From NCBI GenBank assembly GCA_021817225.1, contig JAKAVR010000001.1, positions 8,002-72,001 of the forward strand: a DNA stretch of 64,000 bases, read 5' to 3'. The notes under the pieces are model-generated. The model was not told the origin of the DNA. It did not search any database and saw nothing but the letters and a program-made list of their open reading frames with translations. The position numbers and the translations under genes are program-made. Source of the DNA: Thermoplasmata archaeon (GTDB lineage Archaea; Thermoplasmatota; Thermoplasmata; Sysuiplasmatales; Sysuiplasmataceae). Shown piece by piece: positions 8,893-19,394 of this stretch; position 1 is the first letter of the stretch; the number at the start of each line of letters is the position of its first letter.

Positions 8893-11800
8893 TCAGTCCG
8901 TGTGGGGCCAATCAGAATAGCTTTTCCTTTCCGATTCTATGCTGTGCTTTGCCATGACGAGCGATATGTCGTTGGAAACACTCGAGAGCGTGTCCAGCTC
9001 TGCGGAAGTGAATGGGGGCGGATTGTCCCTGTAGACCATCAGCACACCCAGCAGCTTCTCGTTCACTATCAGCGGCATTCCAAGCACGCTTTCAAACTTC
9101 TCCACATTCGTTCCCCTTATATGCACCGCATTGTTGTTGATTGCCGCATTTGCAATCAGCACGGGCATCTTGTTCCTCACCACACTTCCCACAATTCCCT
9201 GGTTTGAGTTCACCTCGTAACCCAACAGGTGTTCGGTGGACATATTCTTGTAGTACTCTGCCGAAACCCTCATCTTCTGCGCTTCCGGCTCATACTTCCA
9301 GAGCAGTCCAAGGTCTGCTCCGCACATGTCGACCAGTGTTGGCAGGACACTGTCGAATATCTCATACTCCTTCCTGCCGTAGACGAGTGCATTCAAGATG
9401 CTGTGTGTTATCTCGATATGCTTCAGCTTCTCGTTTATTCCAGCAAGCAGCCTCGTCTTGTCCAGTGCGGTTGAAACCATCCTTGATATCTTGCTGAAAT
9501 TTTCAATATCCTCCGCTCCGTACTTCGGCGCTCCTTCCGTGTTCACCACTGCGACAACCATTGAATCATGCTGCATGCCTGACCTTACAAGCAGCAGTTC
9601 GTTTGTCTCCAGACCTTTGGACCATTCCTCCTCCAGCGCTGCACGTTCAACTATCCTGGGGCTGTGCAGCTGTTCGTCGAACTGCAGTCCGATCGGGCCG
9701 CTGTTGTAAACGACATCGCCTTCCTCAATCTCCTGTGATGTCGAATACAGTATTCTCTTGACATTGTGCACATCCGCCGTGATGAGGACGGACGAGGCAT
9801 GGAAGAGATTTTTCACCTCTTCCGCCACCAGTTCAATCAGTTCACTGAAGGTCCTGGAGGAATACAGCCTGAGCTCTGCAGCCTGCAGCTTGTCAAAATC
9901 TGAAACAAGCCTCCTTCTCTCCTCCTTTGCCGTTGCCGCCCGTACTGTGGAAGATGCAATGTTGGAAAGGAGTTCCAGTGTCCTTACATGCTCCATCCCA
10001 TACCTGCCGTCCCTGGTGTTCATGACGGCAAGGAACCCTCTCTGCTTCACGTCTATCTTGATTGGAACACCTGCAATCTGCCTGAATTTGAGCGTTTCTA
10101 GAGCATACTGCTCCCTGTCCGGATCGCTCGCATAGTCGTTCACGATTTCCGCTTCCAGAGTGCGGAGTATCCTGCCGGTGACACCGTCAATGTACCACCT
10201 CTTGGCAATCTCATCCGAGATCTCAAAGCCTTTTGCCAAGCCTGAAATGAACTTCCCCTTTTCCACATCAATTATGGCCAGCGCCGAAAGATCTGAATTT
10301 GTCAGAAGCGAGGCAGCCTCGACGATTGAGGACACAATATTGTTGTCTCCCTCCGCGAGCGATATCCTGGATATCACCTCTTCGACCTTTTTCAGCCTCT
10401 TTCTCTCCAGTGCGGACTCTTCTGCGAGATCGATGCCGTCCATCCTTATGTTGGCAAGGGACGCAAGCCCGGAGAGCGTATCCTCCCTTGTCTTCGCAAG
10501 GAAATAATTGCTCTGTCCTGCAACTACGACAACACCTTTCAGATTGCCGTATGTTGACCTCACAGTCACGGCGTATATGCTCTGGTCCGTTTCGCTGCCG
10601 GCAAGTTCCGAGAGCTTCTCGCCAAGGATATCCGGCGGAACATCATGAACGTGCTTGGACACTTCAGTCGAAGAAGCAAGCATCATTGAAATTTCATCCG
10701 CACCCACCCTGAATGTATCGTTTGCGGGATCTACGAGTCTGAAATCCTCCCCTTCATTCACAAGACCGTACGCCCTGCCCTTGGTCATGCGTGATATGCC
10801 TTCAGTGAGTTTGGAGACAAGCCTGTTCAGCGTGTCGGCACTCTCTATTTCGAAAGAAGCCACGATGAATGCGGAAGCACCTGCTTTGAGTCTCTGGATT
10901 TCCTCGCTCTGCATCCTGTTTTTTGCCTTGAGGATAAACCCCCTGATCAGTATCCCGAAAGAACGGCTCAGTCTCTCCCACAACTCCTTTTCCTGGACCA
11001 GTCGGGGTTTTCTCGGCAGCTCGAAGGCAACGCTCCATACGTTGTCATCGTCGTCTCTTACGGGAAATGCAAGAAGACTCCCATTCGCTTCGTCATGCAA
11101 GAGTTGCTTTGTTTCCATGCTGTCTCGCATCAGCGCGACAAGACTTTCCTCCATCTTGCGCCTGCCATCTCCATCATTTTCCGGGGATGAAATGCAGGCA
11201 ACATCGCCCGCAGGCAGGAGTCCGTAACCTCGTATGAATCCTGTTTCCTTCAGCCTTTCAAGGATCCTGCCGAGTACTGCAGTTGATGTGACGACACCTG
11301 TTCTTGAAGACTCACTCACTGTCTTGTCTATCGCTTCTATTGCCCTCAGCCAGGCAAATGACACTCCTGTCTCCATCTCGGTCAGTCCAAGGAGTGTGCG
11401 GTACAGAATGCGTGTCCCTTCCCTCACCTCGTCTCCGTCACTCCTTGCCGCATCCATTTCATATATGGCAACAATAGGGCTGCCCCTGGAGGAATCGATC
11501 GGTATAATTGTCCTGGATTTCATCAGGCTGGTTGCCGGATCGAGCCGAAGTCCAGTCGTCATCACTCCTCTTTTCAGCGATTCCAGGATTTCAGCGAAGG
11601 CATCGACTCTAATGGTCTCCCCTTCCGAAACAATCAGTTCCGGCTTTCCTTCGTTCTCACAGTAAAGCTGTATTGATTCGAGGCCGAAAGAATCCCGGAT
11701 GGCGGTCGTAAGAGCTGCGAGCCTGTCGACTGCAGGTGCATTCAGGGTGAAGCTCCCTACGGCCCGTAGCAGTTTTTCGAATGCCTTTGCATTCATCCGA

Positions 11801-12267
11801 TTCTCATCATCCGCCTGGGGCAGGAGGGCAGTCACGGCGCCCTTCAGCATTCTGGAGAACCTGATGACTGACTCCCTGTCCTTTCCTGGTCCAAGGATTG
11901 CAAGCACTCCGGCGGCTATGTTGTCGCGGAACAGCGGCAGTGCGAAAAGGTCATCTTCTGAACCGATTTTGACATCCGACGGGGGAATCCTGTCCTCATT
12001 TGATGCCATGCACATGGCCAGGTGCTCCCGCTGCGACGGTGATGGGTTACCCTCTCCCGCCGCTCCTTCCGGTACAGAAATCATTTTCCTGAACTCATTC
12101 CCGTCGAATGAGAATAGAGCCACGCTCTTGCAGTCGAAAGTGTCCCGGATGCTTTCCAGCATCCGAAGCAGAAGGACATTTCCTGCGCCCGGGCCGCCTT
12201 CCAGCCGGACAATACGTTTGTCTGAGGCAACTCCGGATCGGAATGGCCTGACGTGGCCAGAACCCAT
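8893..12267 (-). CDS. large tandem GAF-domain protein with no output domain
   Basis: Repeated GAF signatures (SVLGMPLIVNEKLLGVL..F..ELDTL; IAGVPI..RGFLAVMN); start uncertain (12267 or upstream to 12426). Confidence 0.8.
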   Translation of the reverse strand: MGSGHVRPFRSGVASDKRIVRLEGGPGAGNVLLLRMLESIRDTFDCKSVALFSFDGNEFRKMISVPEGAAGEGNPSPSQREHLAMCMASNEDRIPPSDVKIGSEDDLFALPLFRDNIAAGVLAILGPGKDRESVIRFSRMLKGAVTALLPQADDENRMNAKAFEKLLRAVGSFTLNAPAVDRLAALTTAIRDSFGLESIQLYCENEGKPELIVSEGETIRVDAFAEILESLKRGVMTTGLRLDPATSLMKSRTIIPIDSSRGSPIVAIYEMDAARSDGDEVREGTRILYRTLLGLTEMETGVSFAWLRAIEAIDKTVSESSRTGVVTSTAVLGRILERLKETGFIRGYGLLPAGDVACISSPENDGDGRRKMEESLVALMRDSMETKQLLHDEANGSLLAFPVRDDDDNVWSVAFELPRKPRLVQEKELWERLSRSFGILIRGFILKAKNRMQSEEIQRLKAGASAFIVASFEIESADTLNRLVSKLTEGISRMTKGRAYGLVNEGEDFRLVDPANDTFRVGADEISMMLASSTEVSKHVHDVPPDILGEKLSELAGSETDQSIYAVTVRSTYGNLKGVVVVAGQSNYFLAKTREDTLSGLASLANIRMDGIDLAEESALERKRLKKVEEVISRISLAEGDNNIVSSIVEAASLLTNSDLSALAIIDVEKGKFISGLAKGFEISDEIAKRWYIDGVTGRILRTLEAEIVNDYASDPDREQYALETLKFRQIAGVPIKIDVKQRGFLAVMNTRDGRYGMEHVRTLELLSNIASSTVRAATAKEERRRLVSDFDKLQAAELRLYSSRTFSELIELVAEEVKNLFHASSVLITADVHNVKRILYSTSQEIEEGDVVYNSGPIGLQFDEQLHSPRIVERAALEEEWSKGLETNELLLVRSGMQHDSMVVAVVNTEGAPKYGAEDIENFSKISRMVSTALDKTRLLAGINEKLKHIEITHSILNALVYGRKEYEIFDSVLPTLVDMCGADLGLLWKYEPEAQKMRVSAEYYKNMSTEHLLGYEVNSNQGIVGSVVRNKMPVLIANAAINNNAVHIRGTNVEKFESVLGMPLIVNEKLLGVLMVYRDNPPPFTSAELDTLSSVSNDISLVMAKHSIESERKSYSDWPHTD

Positions 12268-12472
12268 GTAGCGGATTTTCCTTTGACATCTTATATAAAT
12301 TCCCGTACAATTACGGTTTTGTGATTCTGTTCGGCCGGTGCCCGATGGGATTTCCAGCTGGCAGTCATTGAACATCCATCCACGGGATGATGGAATGACA
12401 GGCAAATCGGTGCCGTCCGGTGTCATTTGCAGGGTACAATTGAAAAAGGAAAAATAGTAACCAGTTCTACCA

Positions 12473-13177
12473 TTGCATGTGAAAGCACTGATTGCAGGTT
12501 ACGAAGTCATGTTTGCCGGTCCACATATGGACATGACTCTATCACCCGCAGATATTGCGTCCCTTTCGTCTGTCTTCGATGAAGAGGGGCACGACGTCGG
12601 TCCCCGGAGGCTTTCATATCTTCTGGACGAGCGAATGGGAGCCAGGGCGGCAAGGATCCGCGAAACAGGCATGGAAACACCCCTCGACGTACTTCTGGAG
12701 AGCATGCTTGACGATCTGGAGATAGATGCTCCCTACCTTGTACCAAGACTTGTCGACTCGGTTGCATCGAGGCGAATGGAAAGATTCAGGGCCGTAGATG
12801 GCTGCGTCGAGTTCATAAGCTCACTTCGCGAATCAAAGGTGGCGGTTGGAATGGTGTGCAATGCACCGATCGGCATTCCCCCGGACCACATAAGGGAACT
12901 GATCGAGCGGTGCGGACTTGGCGGTCTTCTTGACGACATGCAGTTCTCGTCAGAAAATGGGGTAGTCAGACCGCACGCCCGGCCTTACAGGTACCTGATA
13001 AGCAACCTGGACATCATTCCAGGCGAGACATCCGTGCTTACAGGCATCCCGGGAGAGATGGAAGTACTGCGCAAACTCGGATTTGAGAACATATTTTTCC
13101 CTGAGCTCGGGGAGCTGCCTAATCCAGACGGAGCCGTGACGATTCATGAGCTCGCCGATGTGTCGAGATTTCTTTAG
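12473..13177 (+). CDS. HAD-superfamily hydrolase-like protein with degenerate motifs
   Basis: HAD-like order (VGMVCNA, FSSENGVVRPH) but no N-terminal DxD. Confidence 0.6.
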   Translation: MHVKALIAGYEVMFAGPHMDMTLSPADIASLSSVFDEEGHDVGPRRLSYLLDERMGARAARIRETGMETPLDVLLESMLDDLEIDAPYLVPRLVDSVASRRMERFRAVDGCVEFISSLRESKVAVGMVCNAPIGIPPDHIRELIERCGLGGLLDDMQFSSENGVVRPHARPYRYLISNLDIIPGETSVLTGIPGEMEVLRKLGFENIFFPELGELPNPDGAVTIHELADVSRFL

Positions 13178-14125
13178 TCATTCCCATTCAATTGTTGCCG
13201 GCGGCTTGTTAGTTATGTCGTAGACAACTCTTGTCACCGAGGATCCAAGCCTGTTTGTTATCTTGGTGGACATGTTCTCCAGCAATTCGTGCGGCAGCAC
13301 CGAGAATCTGGCTGTCATTGCATCTTTTGATGCGACCGCCCTTACCACTACCGTTCTGCCAAATGCCCTGACATCGCCCTGAACCCCGACACTCCTCACA
13401 GGAATGAGGACAGCAAAGTACTGCCAGGGCAGTGAGCTGATTTGCTTCTCCTCAAAGGCCCTCTCTATTTCCTCCTCCACAATGGCGCAGGCCTCCCTTT
13501 CTATCTCCACGTCTCCTCGTGTGAGCTTCCCGAGAACACGGACTGCCAGACCTGGCCCCGGGAATGGCTGGCGCTCAGAAACGCTTATACCGAGGTGCCG
13601 GGCAACCGCCCTCACCTCATCCTTGTACAAATCCCTGAGTGGTTCAACAAGCTTGAGCTTCATCTCGGAAGGGAGTCCGGCGACATTGTGGTGGGACTTT
13701 ATCCTGTCCCTCAGCGTTCCGCCGCTTTCGATCCAGTCGGGTGCTATCGTCCCCTGCACCAGATACTCGGCGCCGATTGTCTCAGCCTCCTTCTCGAATA
13801 CATCGATGAATTTCCTCCCGATTATCGTCCTTTTCTGTTCTGCATCCTCCACTCCCTCAAGCGCCTCGAAGAAGATATCGGATGCATTTACGATCTTGAA
13901 ATTGAGATTCAGGCCGGAGAACATTGCATTCAGTTTTTCTGTCTCCCCCTTCCTCATGAAACCAGTGTCAACATAGACGGCAAGCAGCCTGCTTCCGATA
14001 GCCCTGCTGACTATCACAGCCGCCGTCGTGCTGTCCACTCCCCCGGAAAGTGCCACAATTGCCCTTCCGGTGACCCTGGAGGAGGCATCGCTTACCTGCT
14101 CTTCAACGAACTTTTGAACGTCCAT
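13178..14125 (-). CDS. guaAB: GMP synthase, ATP pyrophosphatase subunit
   Basis: SGGVDS, QGTIAPDWIES, IKSHHNV, PFPGPGLAVR, KPPATIEWE. Confidence 0.95.
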   Translation of the reverse strand: MDVQKFVEEQVSDASSRVTGRAIVALSGGVDSTTAAVIVSRAIGSRLLAVYVDTGFMRKGETEKLNAMFSGLNLNFKIVNASDIFFEALEGVEDAEQKRTIIGRKFIDVFEKEAETIGAEYLVQGTIAPDWIESGGTLRDRIKSHHNVAGLPSEMKLKLVEPLRDLYKDEVRAVARHLGISVSERQPFPGPGLAVRVLGKLTRGDVEIEREACAIVEEEIERAFEEKQISSLPWQYFAVLIPVRSVGVQGDVRAFGRTVVVRAVASKDAMTARFSVLPHELLENMSTKITNRLGSSVTRVVYDITNKPPATIEWE

Positions 14126-14194
14126 CTGCTGCCTCTCGCAATTGACATCATCGAGAGGAATGACTAAAACCTGTCGATGAACAGTGCCAGCGCC

Positions 14195-14539
14195 TCAGGT
14201 TTTCATTATTGCCAGGAGGAACACAAGAACAGCTATGACTGCGCCTATGATTGCGGCAACTATGCTCAGGAACGCTCCCCATATGACATCGGCGAGTCCT
14301 GGTGTAGTGTAGCTGTAGAAGTTGGCGATGAAGAGCCACGCAACAGCCACGACTATGCCGACGACAAGCAGCACTGCACCAACGGCCCTGCTTTTGCCTG
14401 TTCCAAAGTAGGAGGTGAATGCGCCAGCGAGTATCATGAAAATACTGAATGTGAGGAGGAGTATTGTTACGAAGTTGCCCGCATTTTCAGTCGGTATTGC
14501 ATTTCCCAGAGCGAGAAGGAATATCCCTTGTAGCATCAT
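14195..14539 (-). CDS. small membrane protein
   Basis: 3-4 hydrophobic segments, YFGTGKSR loop. Confidence 0.7.
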   Translation of the reverse strand: MMLQGIFLLALGNAIPTENAGNFVTILLLTFSIFMILAGAFTSYFGTGKSRAVGAVLLVVGIVVAVAWLFIANFYSYTTPGLADVIWGAFLSIVAAIIGAVIAVLVFLLAIMKT

Positions 14540-14570
14540 TTACTTTCCAACCCTGAAATTCCCTCGATAC

Positions 14571-14804
14571 TTAAAACTTTATCCCGGTCAAAGTCTTCGT
14601 GTCGATCACGCCGGGAATGGCCCTTACCTTGTCGACAACAACCTGGCCAAGCAGGTTGAAGTCCTCCGCTTCAATCTTGGCGATGAGATCGTACTCGCCA
14701 AAGAGGGGATGAAGCTCAACAATCTCCTTGACCTTCAGGAGCTCGTTGTAAACCTCATGCTCCTTAGCAGGCGCCGTACTTATCAGGACGAACCCTACAG
14801 CCAT
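14571..14804 (-). CDS. stand-alone Lrp/AsnC ligand-binding domain protein
   Basis: AVGFVLI..LFGEYDLIAKI..IPGVIDTKT. Confidence 0.9.
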   Translation of the reverse strand: MAVGFVLISTAPAKEHEVYNELLKVKEIVELHPLFGEYDLIAKIEAEDFNLLGQVVVDKVRAIPGVIDTKTLTGIKF

Positions 14805-14971
14805 CAACTTCGCCTCGTCCTATGTAACAGCCGTTATGTTCTTAATTATATCGTTGATATTCAATTCAGACATAATATGCATGCGCAGCTGTCAGTGCAT
14901 GGCAGAGCGATGTCCGGTGGTCCTGAACAGGCGGACGGATAGGACCAGTTAGCAGCCGCAACAACCGAAAG

Positions 14972-16498
14972 GTGAACAATGATATGACTCGTCCCGGTAC
15001 CAACGTGTCCGACAGCGCCTGTGCTGAAGTCGGAACAGTACAGGATTACCCTTTCAATTCCGTCCCGCTTCTTGAGAAAGGACGTGAATTCAGCGGAACA
15101 GTCGGTTCGGAAAACATGCTGATATGGGGCGAAAACCTCTCTGCTATGCGCGCCCTGCCGGACAGTTGTATTCAGCTCATATACGCTGACCCTCCATTCT
15201 TCACAAACAGGGAGTTCAGCCATCTCTACGGCTCCAGCAGGGAGTCTATTTTCAGCGACGTCTGGTACGATGGTCTTGAAGGTTATATGTCATGGCTCAG
15301 GCCAAGACTGGTGGAGATGCGACGCCTGCTGAAGGAAAGCGGAACGATATATCTGCATCTTGACTGGCATGCATCACATTATGTCAAGGTCATGATGGAT
15401 GGTATTTTCGGGTACGGTAACTTTCTCAATGAGGTGATATGGCATTACCGTGATCCGGCTGGGACTGTAAGGGATCGATTCAAGAAGAAGCATGACACAA
15501 TACTGATTTACGCAAAGAAGGCGGGCAAGCACATTTTCAATCTCGACCAGGTGAGGATGAACTACAGCAAAAGAACAGTCGACCAGGGCAAGAAGGGCGT
15601 GATTTCTTTCGGCAGACCCACAAAGCTGCACAGCCTGGGAAAGGTTCCGGAGGACGTCTGGGAAATACCGATCATAAACAGCCAGGCCAGGGAACGCGTC
15701 GGATATCCCACACAGAAACCGCTCAGGCTCCTGCAGACCGTGGTCAAAGCCTCCTCTTCCGAGGGTGACGTGGTTGCAGACTTCTTCTGCGGCAGCGGCA
15801 CGGCTGCTGTAGCTGCGTCGTCTCTCCGAAGAAACTGGATCGCTGTTGACAGCAACGAAGTTGCTATCAGGACAACAATGGGAAGGCTCTCCTCCCTGTC
15901 CGATGATGGATGGGAGGATACCACGAGGCTGCTGAGCGTTGGCATTGCAGCAGGCGATGCTCTTTCTTCGAAGAGGAGTGGCTTCCCAGGCTTAGCGCTC
16001 AGGGCGCTTGGCCTTGAGAAAAGCCATGCCCCCGGTAAAACGCATTCTGACAGCCACGGGGTGCCCGGCCTGTCCATTCCGTCCCTGTCAGCCGACGGGC
16101 ACGCCGTGAAATCGGGATTTACATTCAATTCAGGGGGATTGAGTTACTTCATACCAGCAGAGACTGCAAAGTCCCCTTTCGTCCTCCAGGGCAGGGATGC
16201 ACGATGCACCAGGTTTGCGATGCCTCCAGCCGCTTCCGTTGCGGTTGAGCGCTCAGGGAAAGGACACTCGATCACCCTTTCGGCGTTTTCTTCCGGAAGC
16301 GGCATTCTGTCGACTGCAAGTATCGAGATCACATGCATGCACGGTTCCGGCAGAAAGTCAGAGTCGGGCGTTTTCGAACAGTTGCACGGTGGCGCCGTTT
16401 CCTGCCACACTCTGATGAAGGGCAAATGCCTCATAACCGCAACAGTCCATGACACTGCAGGCGGCCAGTGCACTGTCACAAGGAACGTGACGCTTTGA
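14972..16498 (+). CDS. orphan amino (N6-A/N4-C) DNA methyltransferase, beta class
   Basis: IYADPPF (motif IV) precedes YPTQKP and DFFCGSGT (motif I); divergent C-terminal extension. Confidence 0.85.
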   Translation: MNNDMTRPGTNVSDSACAEVGTVQDYPFNSVPLLEKGREFSGTVGSENMLIWGENLSAMRALPDSCIQLIYADPPFFTNREFSHLYGSSRESIFSDVWYDGLEGYMSWLRPRLVEMRRLLKESGTIYLHLDWHASHYVKVMMDGIFGYGNFLNEVIWHYRDPAGTVRDRFKKKHDTILIYAKKAGKHIFNLDQVRMNYSKRTVDQGKKGVISFGRPTKLHSLGKVPEDVWEIPIINSQARERVGYPTQKPLRLLQTVVKASSSEGDVVADFFCGSGTAAVAASSLRRNWIAVDSNEVAIRTTMGRLSSLSDDGWEDTTRLLSVGIAAGDALSSKRSGFPGLALRALGLEKSHAPGKTHSDSHGVPGLSIPSLSADGHAVKSGFTFNSGGLSYFIPAETAKSPFVLQGRDARCTRFAMPPAASVAVERSGKGHSITLSAFSSGSGILSTASIEITCMHGSGRKSESGVFEQLHGGAVSCHTLMKGKCLITATVHDTAGGQCTVTRNVTL

Positions 16499-16570
16499 TT
16501 TCAGCGCTCTGTCAGTGCACTCAACTGTCCGTATGCACGCAGGCTGCAGGGAAATGCGGTCAAGCAACAT

Positions 16571-17518
16571 TCACCGTGATGGGCCATAATTTGCATTCCA
16601 CCTTTTCTCGAGCTGCCTGTAGCTTGCAAGCGACCCGACCCCTCCTTTTCCTTCTATCGCTATGGATGCCATCGCGTTGCCAAATTCAACACATTTCACA
16701 ATGTTGTATCCCTTTTCCATGGCTGCATAGTAACCGGCCCTGAACGCATCTCCTGCGCCAATAGTGTCGACATAGTTCTTTACCCTGCACGCAGGCACCC
16801 TTGTTACACCGTCCTCCTGAATGATGGCGGTGCCCCTGGATCCTTCTGTCATGATCACGGTGCCGCAGCGTTTCGCCAATTGCTTTACGCTAACCGCACC
16901 GGTCAGCTTGAGTGCCATCTTCATTTCTATCTCGTTTGTGAAGAAGATATTTGCACCATCGAGCAGCTTCCTGAACTTCCCTGCATTGTACCTGTAGTTT
17001 ATTTCCTGCCCCGGATCGAACGAGTAACTTCTTTTGCCAACCGCCCTCAAGTATCTGTCAGGGTCGCCGGTTGCTATGTGAATGACCGAGCTTTCGCTTA
17101 TGGAATCCTCCCACAGTGGAAGGTCCATGGTGCTCGCCATAGCCCCCTGCTCTATAATGTAGGTCTGTTCGCCATCCGGTGTATCAAATATATGGCATCT
17201 TGGCGTCCTCTCGCCCTCAACCACAATGACATCGTGGCAGTCCACTCCAGATTCCATGAGCAGTTTCCTGAAGTCGGCACTGAAATCACTTCCAACGTAG
17301 CATCCAATCGCAGTCTTAAGGCCAAGCGCGGATGCGTGCAGCGCAATGTTTCCCGCTGTCCCGCCGAAAAGCTCCCTCACATTGCCTGTATTGATGGACT
17401 GCCCTTTGACTGGAAATTTGCTCAGTTCATACACAACATCCACATTGATGTGCCCGAGAACCACAAGGAAATTGCCCTTCCTGTGTCTTGAAGTGAGCCT
17501 CTTCCAGGCTGCTTTCAT
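16571..17518 (-). CDS. PfkB family nucleoside/carbohydrate kinase
   Basis: GGTAGNIA, FDPGQ, DTIGAGDAFRAG; coupled to ahcY. Confidence 0.88.
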   Translation of the reverse strand: MKAAWKRLTSRHRKGNFLVVLGHINVDVVYELSKFPVKGQSINTGNVRELFGGTAGNIALHASALGLKTAIGCYVGSDFSADFRKLLMESGVDCHDVIVVEGERTPRCHIFDTPDGEQTYIIEQGAMASTMDLPLWEDSISESSVIHIATGDPDRYLRAVGKRSYSFDPGQEINYRYNAGKFRKLLDGANIFFTNEIEMKMALKLTGAVSVKQLAKRCGTVIMTEGSRGTAIIQEDGVTRVPACRVKNYVDTIGAGDAFRAGYYAAMEKGYNIVKCVEFGNAMASIAIEGKGGVGSLASYRQLEKRWNANYGPSR

Positions 17519-18753
17519 GTGCCTTCATTCCATGAAGCAAGGTAATTCTTCTGCTTCTCCGTGAGCTTGTCTATCTTCACACCCAATGTCTTCAGCTTCA
17601 TCACTGCTATCTCTGTATCAAGCTTCCTGGGAAGGATATGTACTCCAGGCTTCAGCTTCGTCCGCTCGGTCGCGAGGTATTCGGCGGCGAGCGCCTGCAT
17701 TGTGAAACTCATGTCCATGATCTCAGCGGGATGCCCCTGCCCTGCGGCCAGATTCACAAGCCTCCCGTCTGCAAGTATGTAGATGCGCTTTCCGTTTTCA
17801 AAATTGAACTCTTCGACGTATTCCCTGACTGTGTTCACCTTTGCCTTTGAACGCATCGTTTCCACATCAATCTCAAGATTGAAGTGTCCCGCATTTGCCA
17901 TCACGCACCCGTCCTTTGCCTTCAGAGCTGTCTCGTACGTCACGATGTCCCTGTCCCCGGTGGCGGTCAGGACGAAATCAGCATCGGCAATTACATCCGC
18001 CATTTTTCCCACCGTGAAACCGTCCATTATGGCCTCTATTGCCTTTATCGGGTCCACCTCTGTAACGGTTACGACGCCACCCATTCCGCGTGCCTTGCTG
18101 GCTATCCCGCGGCCGCACCATCCATATCCCGCGACGACAATGCTCTTCCCTGCAAGCAGCAGGTTAGTGGCCGTCATTACGCCGTCAAGCGTCGACTGTC
18201 CCGTACCGTATCGGTTGTCGAAGAGATATTTCATGTATGAGTCATTGACAGCAACCACAGGGAAAAGGAGCTTCCCCTCCGCTTCCATTGACCTCAATCT
18301 GATAACACCGGTTGTAGTTTCCTCATTGCCTCCTATTACATGTGCTATGAGATCCTGTCTTTCAAGATGGAGCAGTGTTATGAGGTCGGCACCATCATCT
18401 ATAACAATGTCCGGGCCCATCTCAAGTACGCTGCCGAGGTTCCTGTAGTACTCCTCCGAAGTCTGTCCCTTCCTGGCAAAGGTGGGGAGGCCGTAGACTG
18501 AGTTGAGAGCTTCACTCACTGAATCATCAGTCGACAGTGGATTGCAGCTCGCGAGCCTCACCTCGGCGCCTGCATCCCTCAGCGCAAGTGCGAGGCAGGC
18601 AGTCTTCGCCTCCACATGCAGGGCCATGCCTATCTTCAGGCCCTTCAGCTTTCCTCTTTTTTTTATCTCTTCCCCAGCTATCCCCAGGACTTTCATGTGG
18701 GACTTTGCCCACTCGATCCTCTTCCTTCCCTTCTCGGCCAGTTCCTTGTTCAT
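17515..18753 (-). CDS. ahcY: adenosylhomocysteinase
   Basis: LHVEAKT, SCNPLST, DDGAD, EETTTG, FDNRYGTGQS, GYGWCGRG, GRLVNL, GHPAEIMDMSF. Confidence 0.96.
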   Translation of the reverse strand: MNKELAEKGRKRIEWAKSHMKVLGIAGEEIKKRGKLKGLKIGMALHVEAKTACLALALRDAGAEVRLASCNPLSTDDSVSEALNSVYGLPTFARKGQTSEEYYRNLGSVLEMGPDIVIDDGADLITLLHLERQDLIAHVIGGNEETTTGVIRLRSMEAEGKLLFPVVAVNDSYMKYLFDNRYGTGQSTLDGVMTATNLLLAGKSIVVAGYGWCGRGIASKARGMGGVVTVTEVDPIKAIEAIMDGFTVGKMADVIADADFVLTATGDRDIVTYETALKAKDGCVMANAGHFNLEIDVETMRSKAKVNTVREYVEEFNFENGKRIYILADGRLVNLAAGQGHPAEIMDMSFTMQALAAEYLATERTKLKPGVHILPRKLDTEIAVMKLKTLGVKIDKLTEKQKNYLASWNEGT

Positions 18754-18895
18754 GAGAAACGCCCCTATAGCACGGTTGCCTGCTGTGTTCTTCAACGCCC
18801 TGCTGTAAATAAAATCATGCCTGCAGTCGCAGGGCAGCAGGTTGGCGGTGTACAGGTGCAGTCCTGATTCCATTATTTGGCGCCTGTCATGCCCT

Positions 18896-19240
18896 TCAGG
18901 AAATCTTCTGGAAAATCTCCGTGATTTCTCTCTCAAGTATGGAGGTGAACTCCTTCGTGACGTCTTCCTTGAGATCGCCCGGAATAAGCTCTATGCCCAC
19001 CCTGGCTGCTATCTTCCCAAGGCGCATGAGGGCATATGTCTCCTTTATTCTCGCCTCGAAGAGGTCCTCCACCGCAATCCTGATCTGTTCCTTCAGCTTC
19101 GGGTCCCTGTCTATCCTGGAATACACCTTCCTCTTGATCTCATCCTTCACTATGTCCTGCATTGCCTGAATGAAAAGGCCCTCTGTGTCAATCAGCCTGC
19201 CTGATTCCCTGGTGAGTTTTGAAATGATATCATCTGGCAA
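18896..19240 (-). CDS. hypothetical helical protein (114 aa)
   Basis: Charged, protein-like ORF filling the gap; no motif recognised. Confidence 0.65.
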   Translation of the reverse strand: MPDDIISKLTRESGRLIDTEGLFIQAMQDIVKDEIKRKVYSRIDRDPKLKEQIRIAVEDLFEARIKETYALMRLGKIAARVGIELIPGDLKEDVTKEFTSILEREITEIFQKIS

Positions 19241-19394
19241 TTTACCACTACTGCAGCTAATTGGTCTATGATGTACTTCAGCCTTGTCTTTTCTCCTCTA
19301 AAAAACGGGTGTTGGGCACCTCTGGCTGAACAGGCACAGGTTCTCACACCGTGGAGTAAGCTTAATTAACGGAGTGTGGAATGCAAAAACACAC

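Noticed and set aside
8810-8895. Replication origin (ORB) next to cdc6
   Set aside because: Short gap with no convincing TCCAxTGGAAAC plus G-string repeats and no AT-rich unwinding element.
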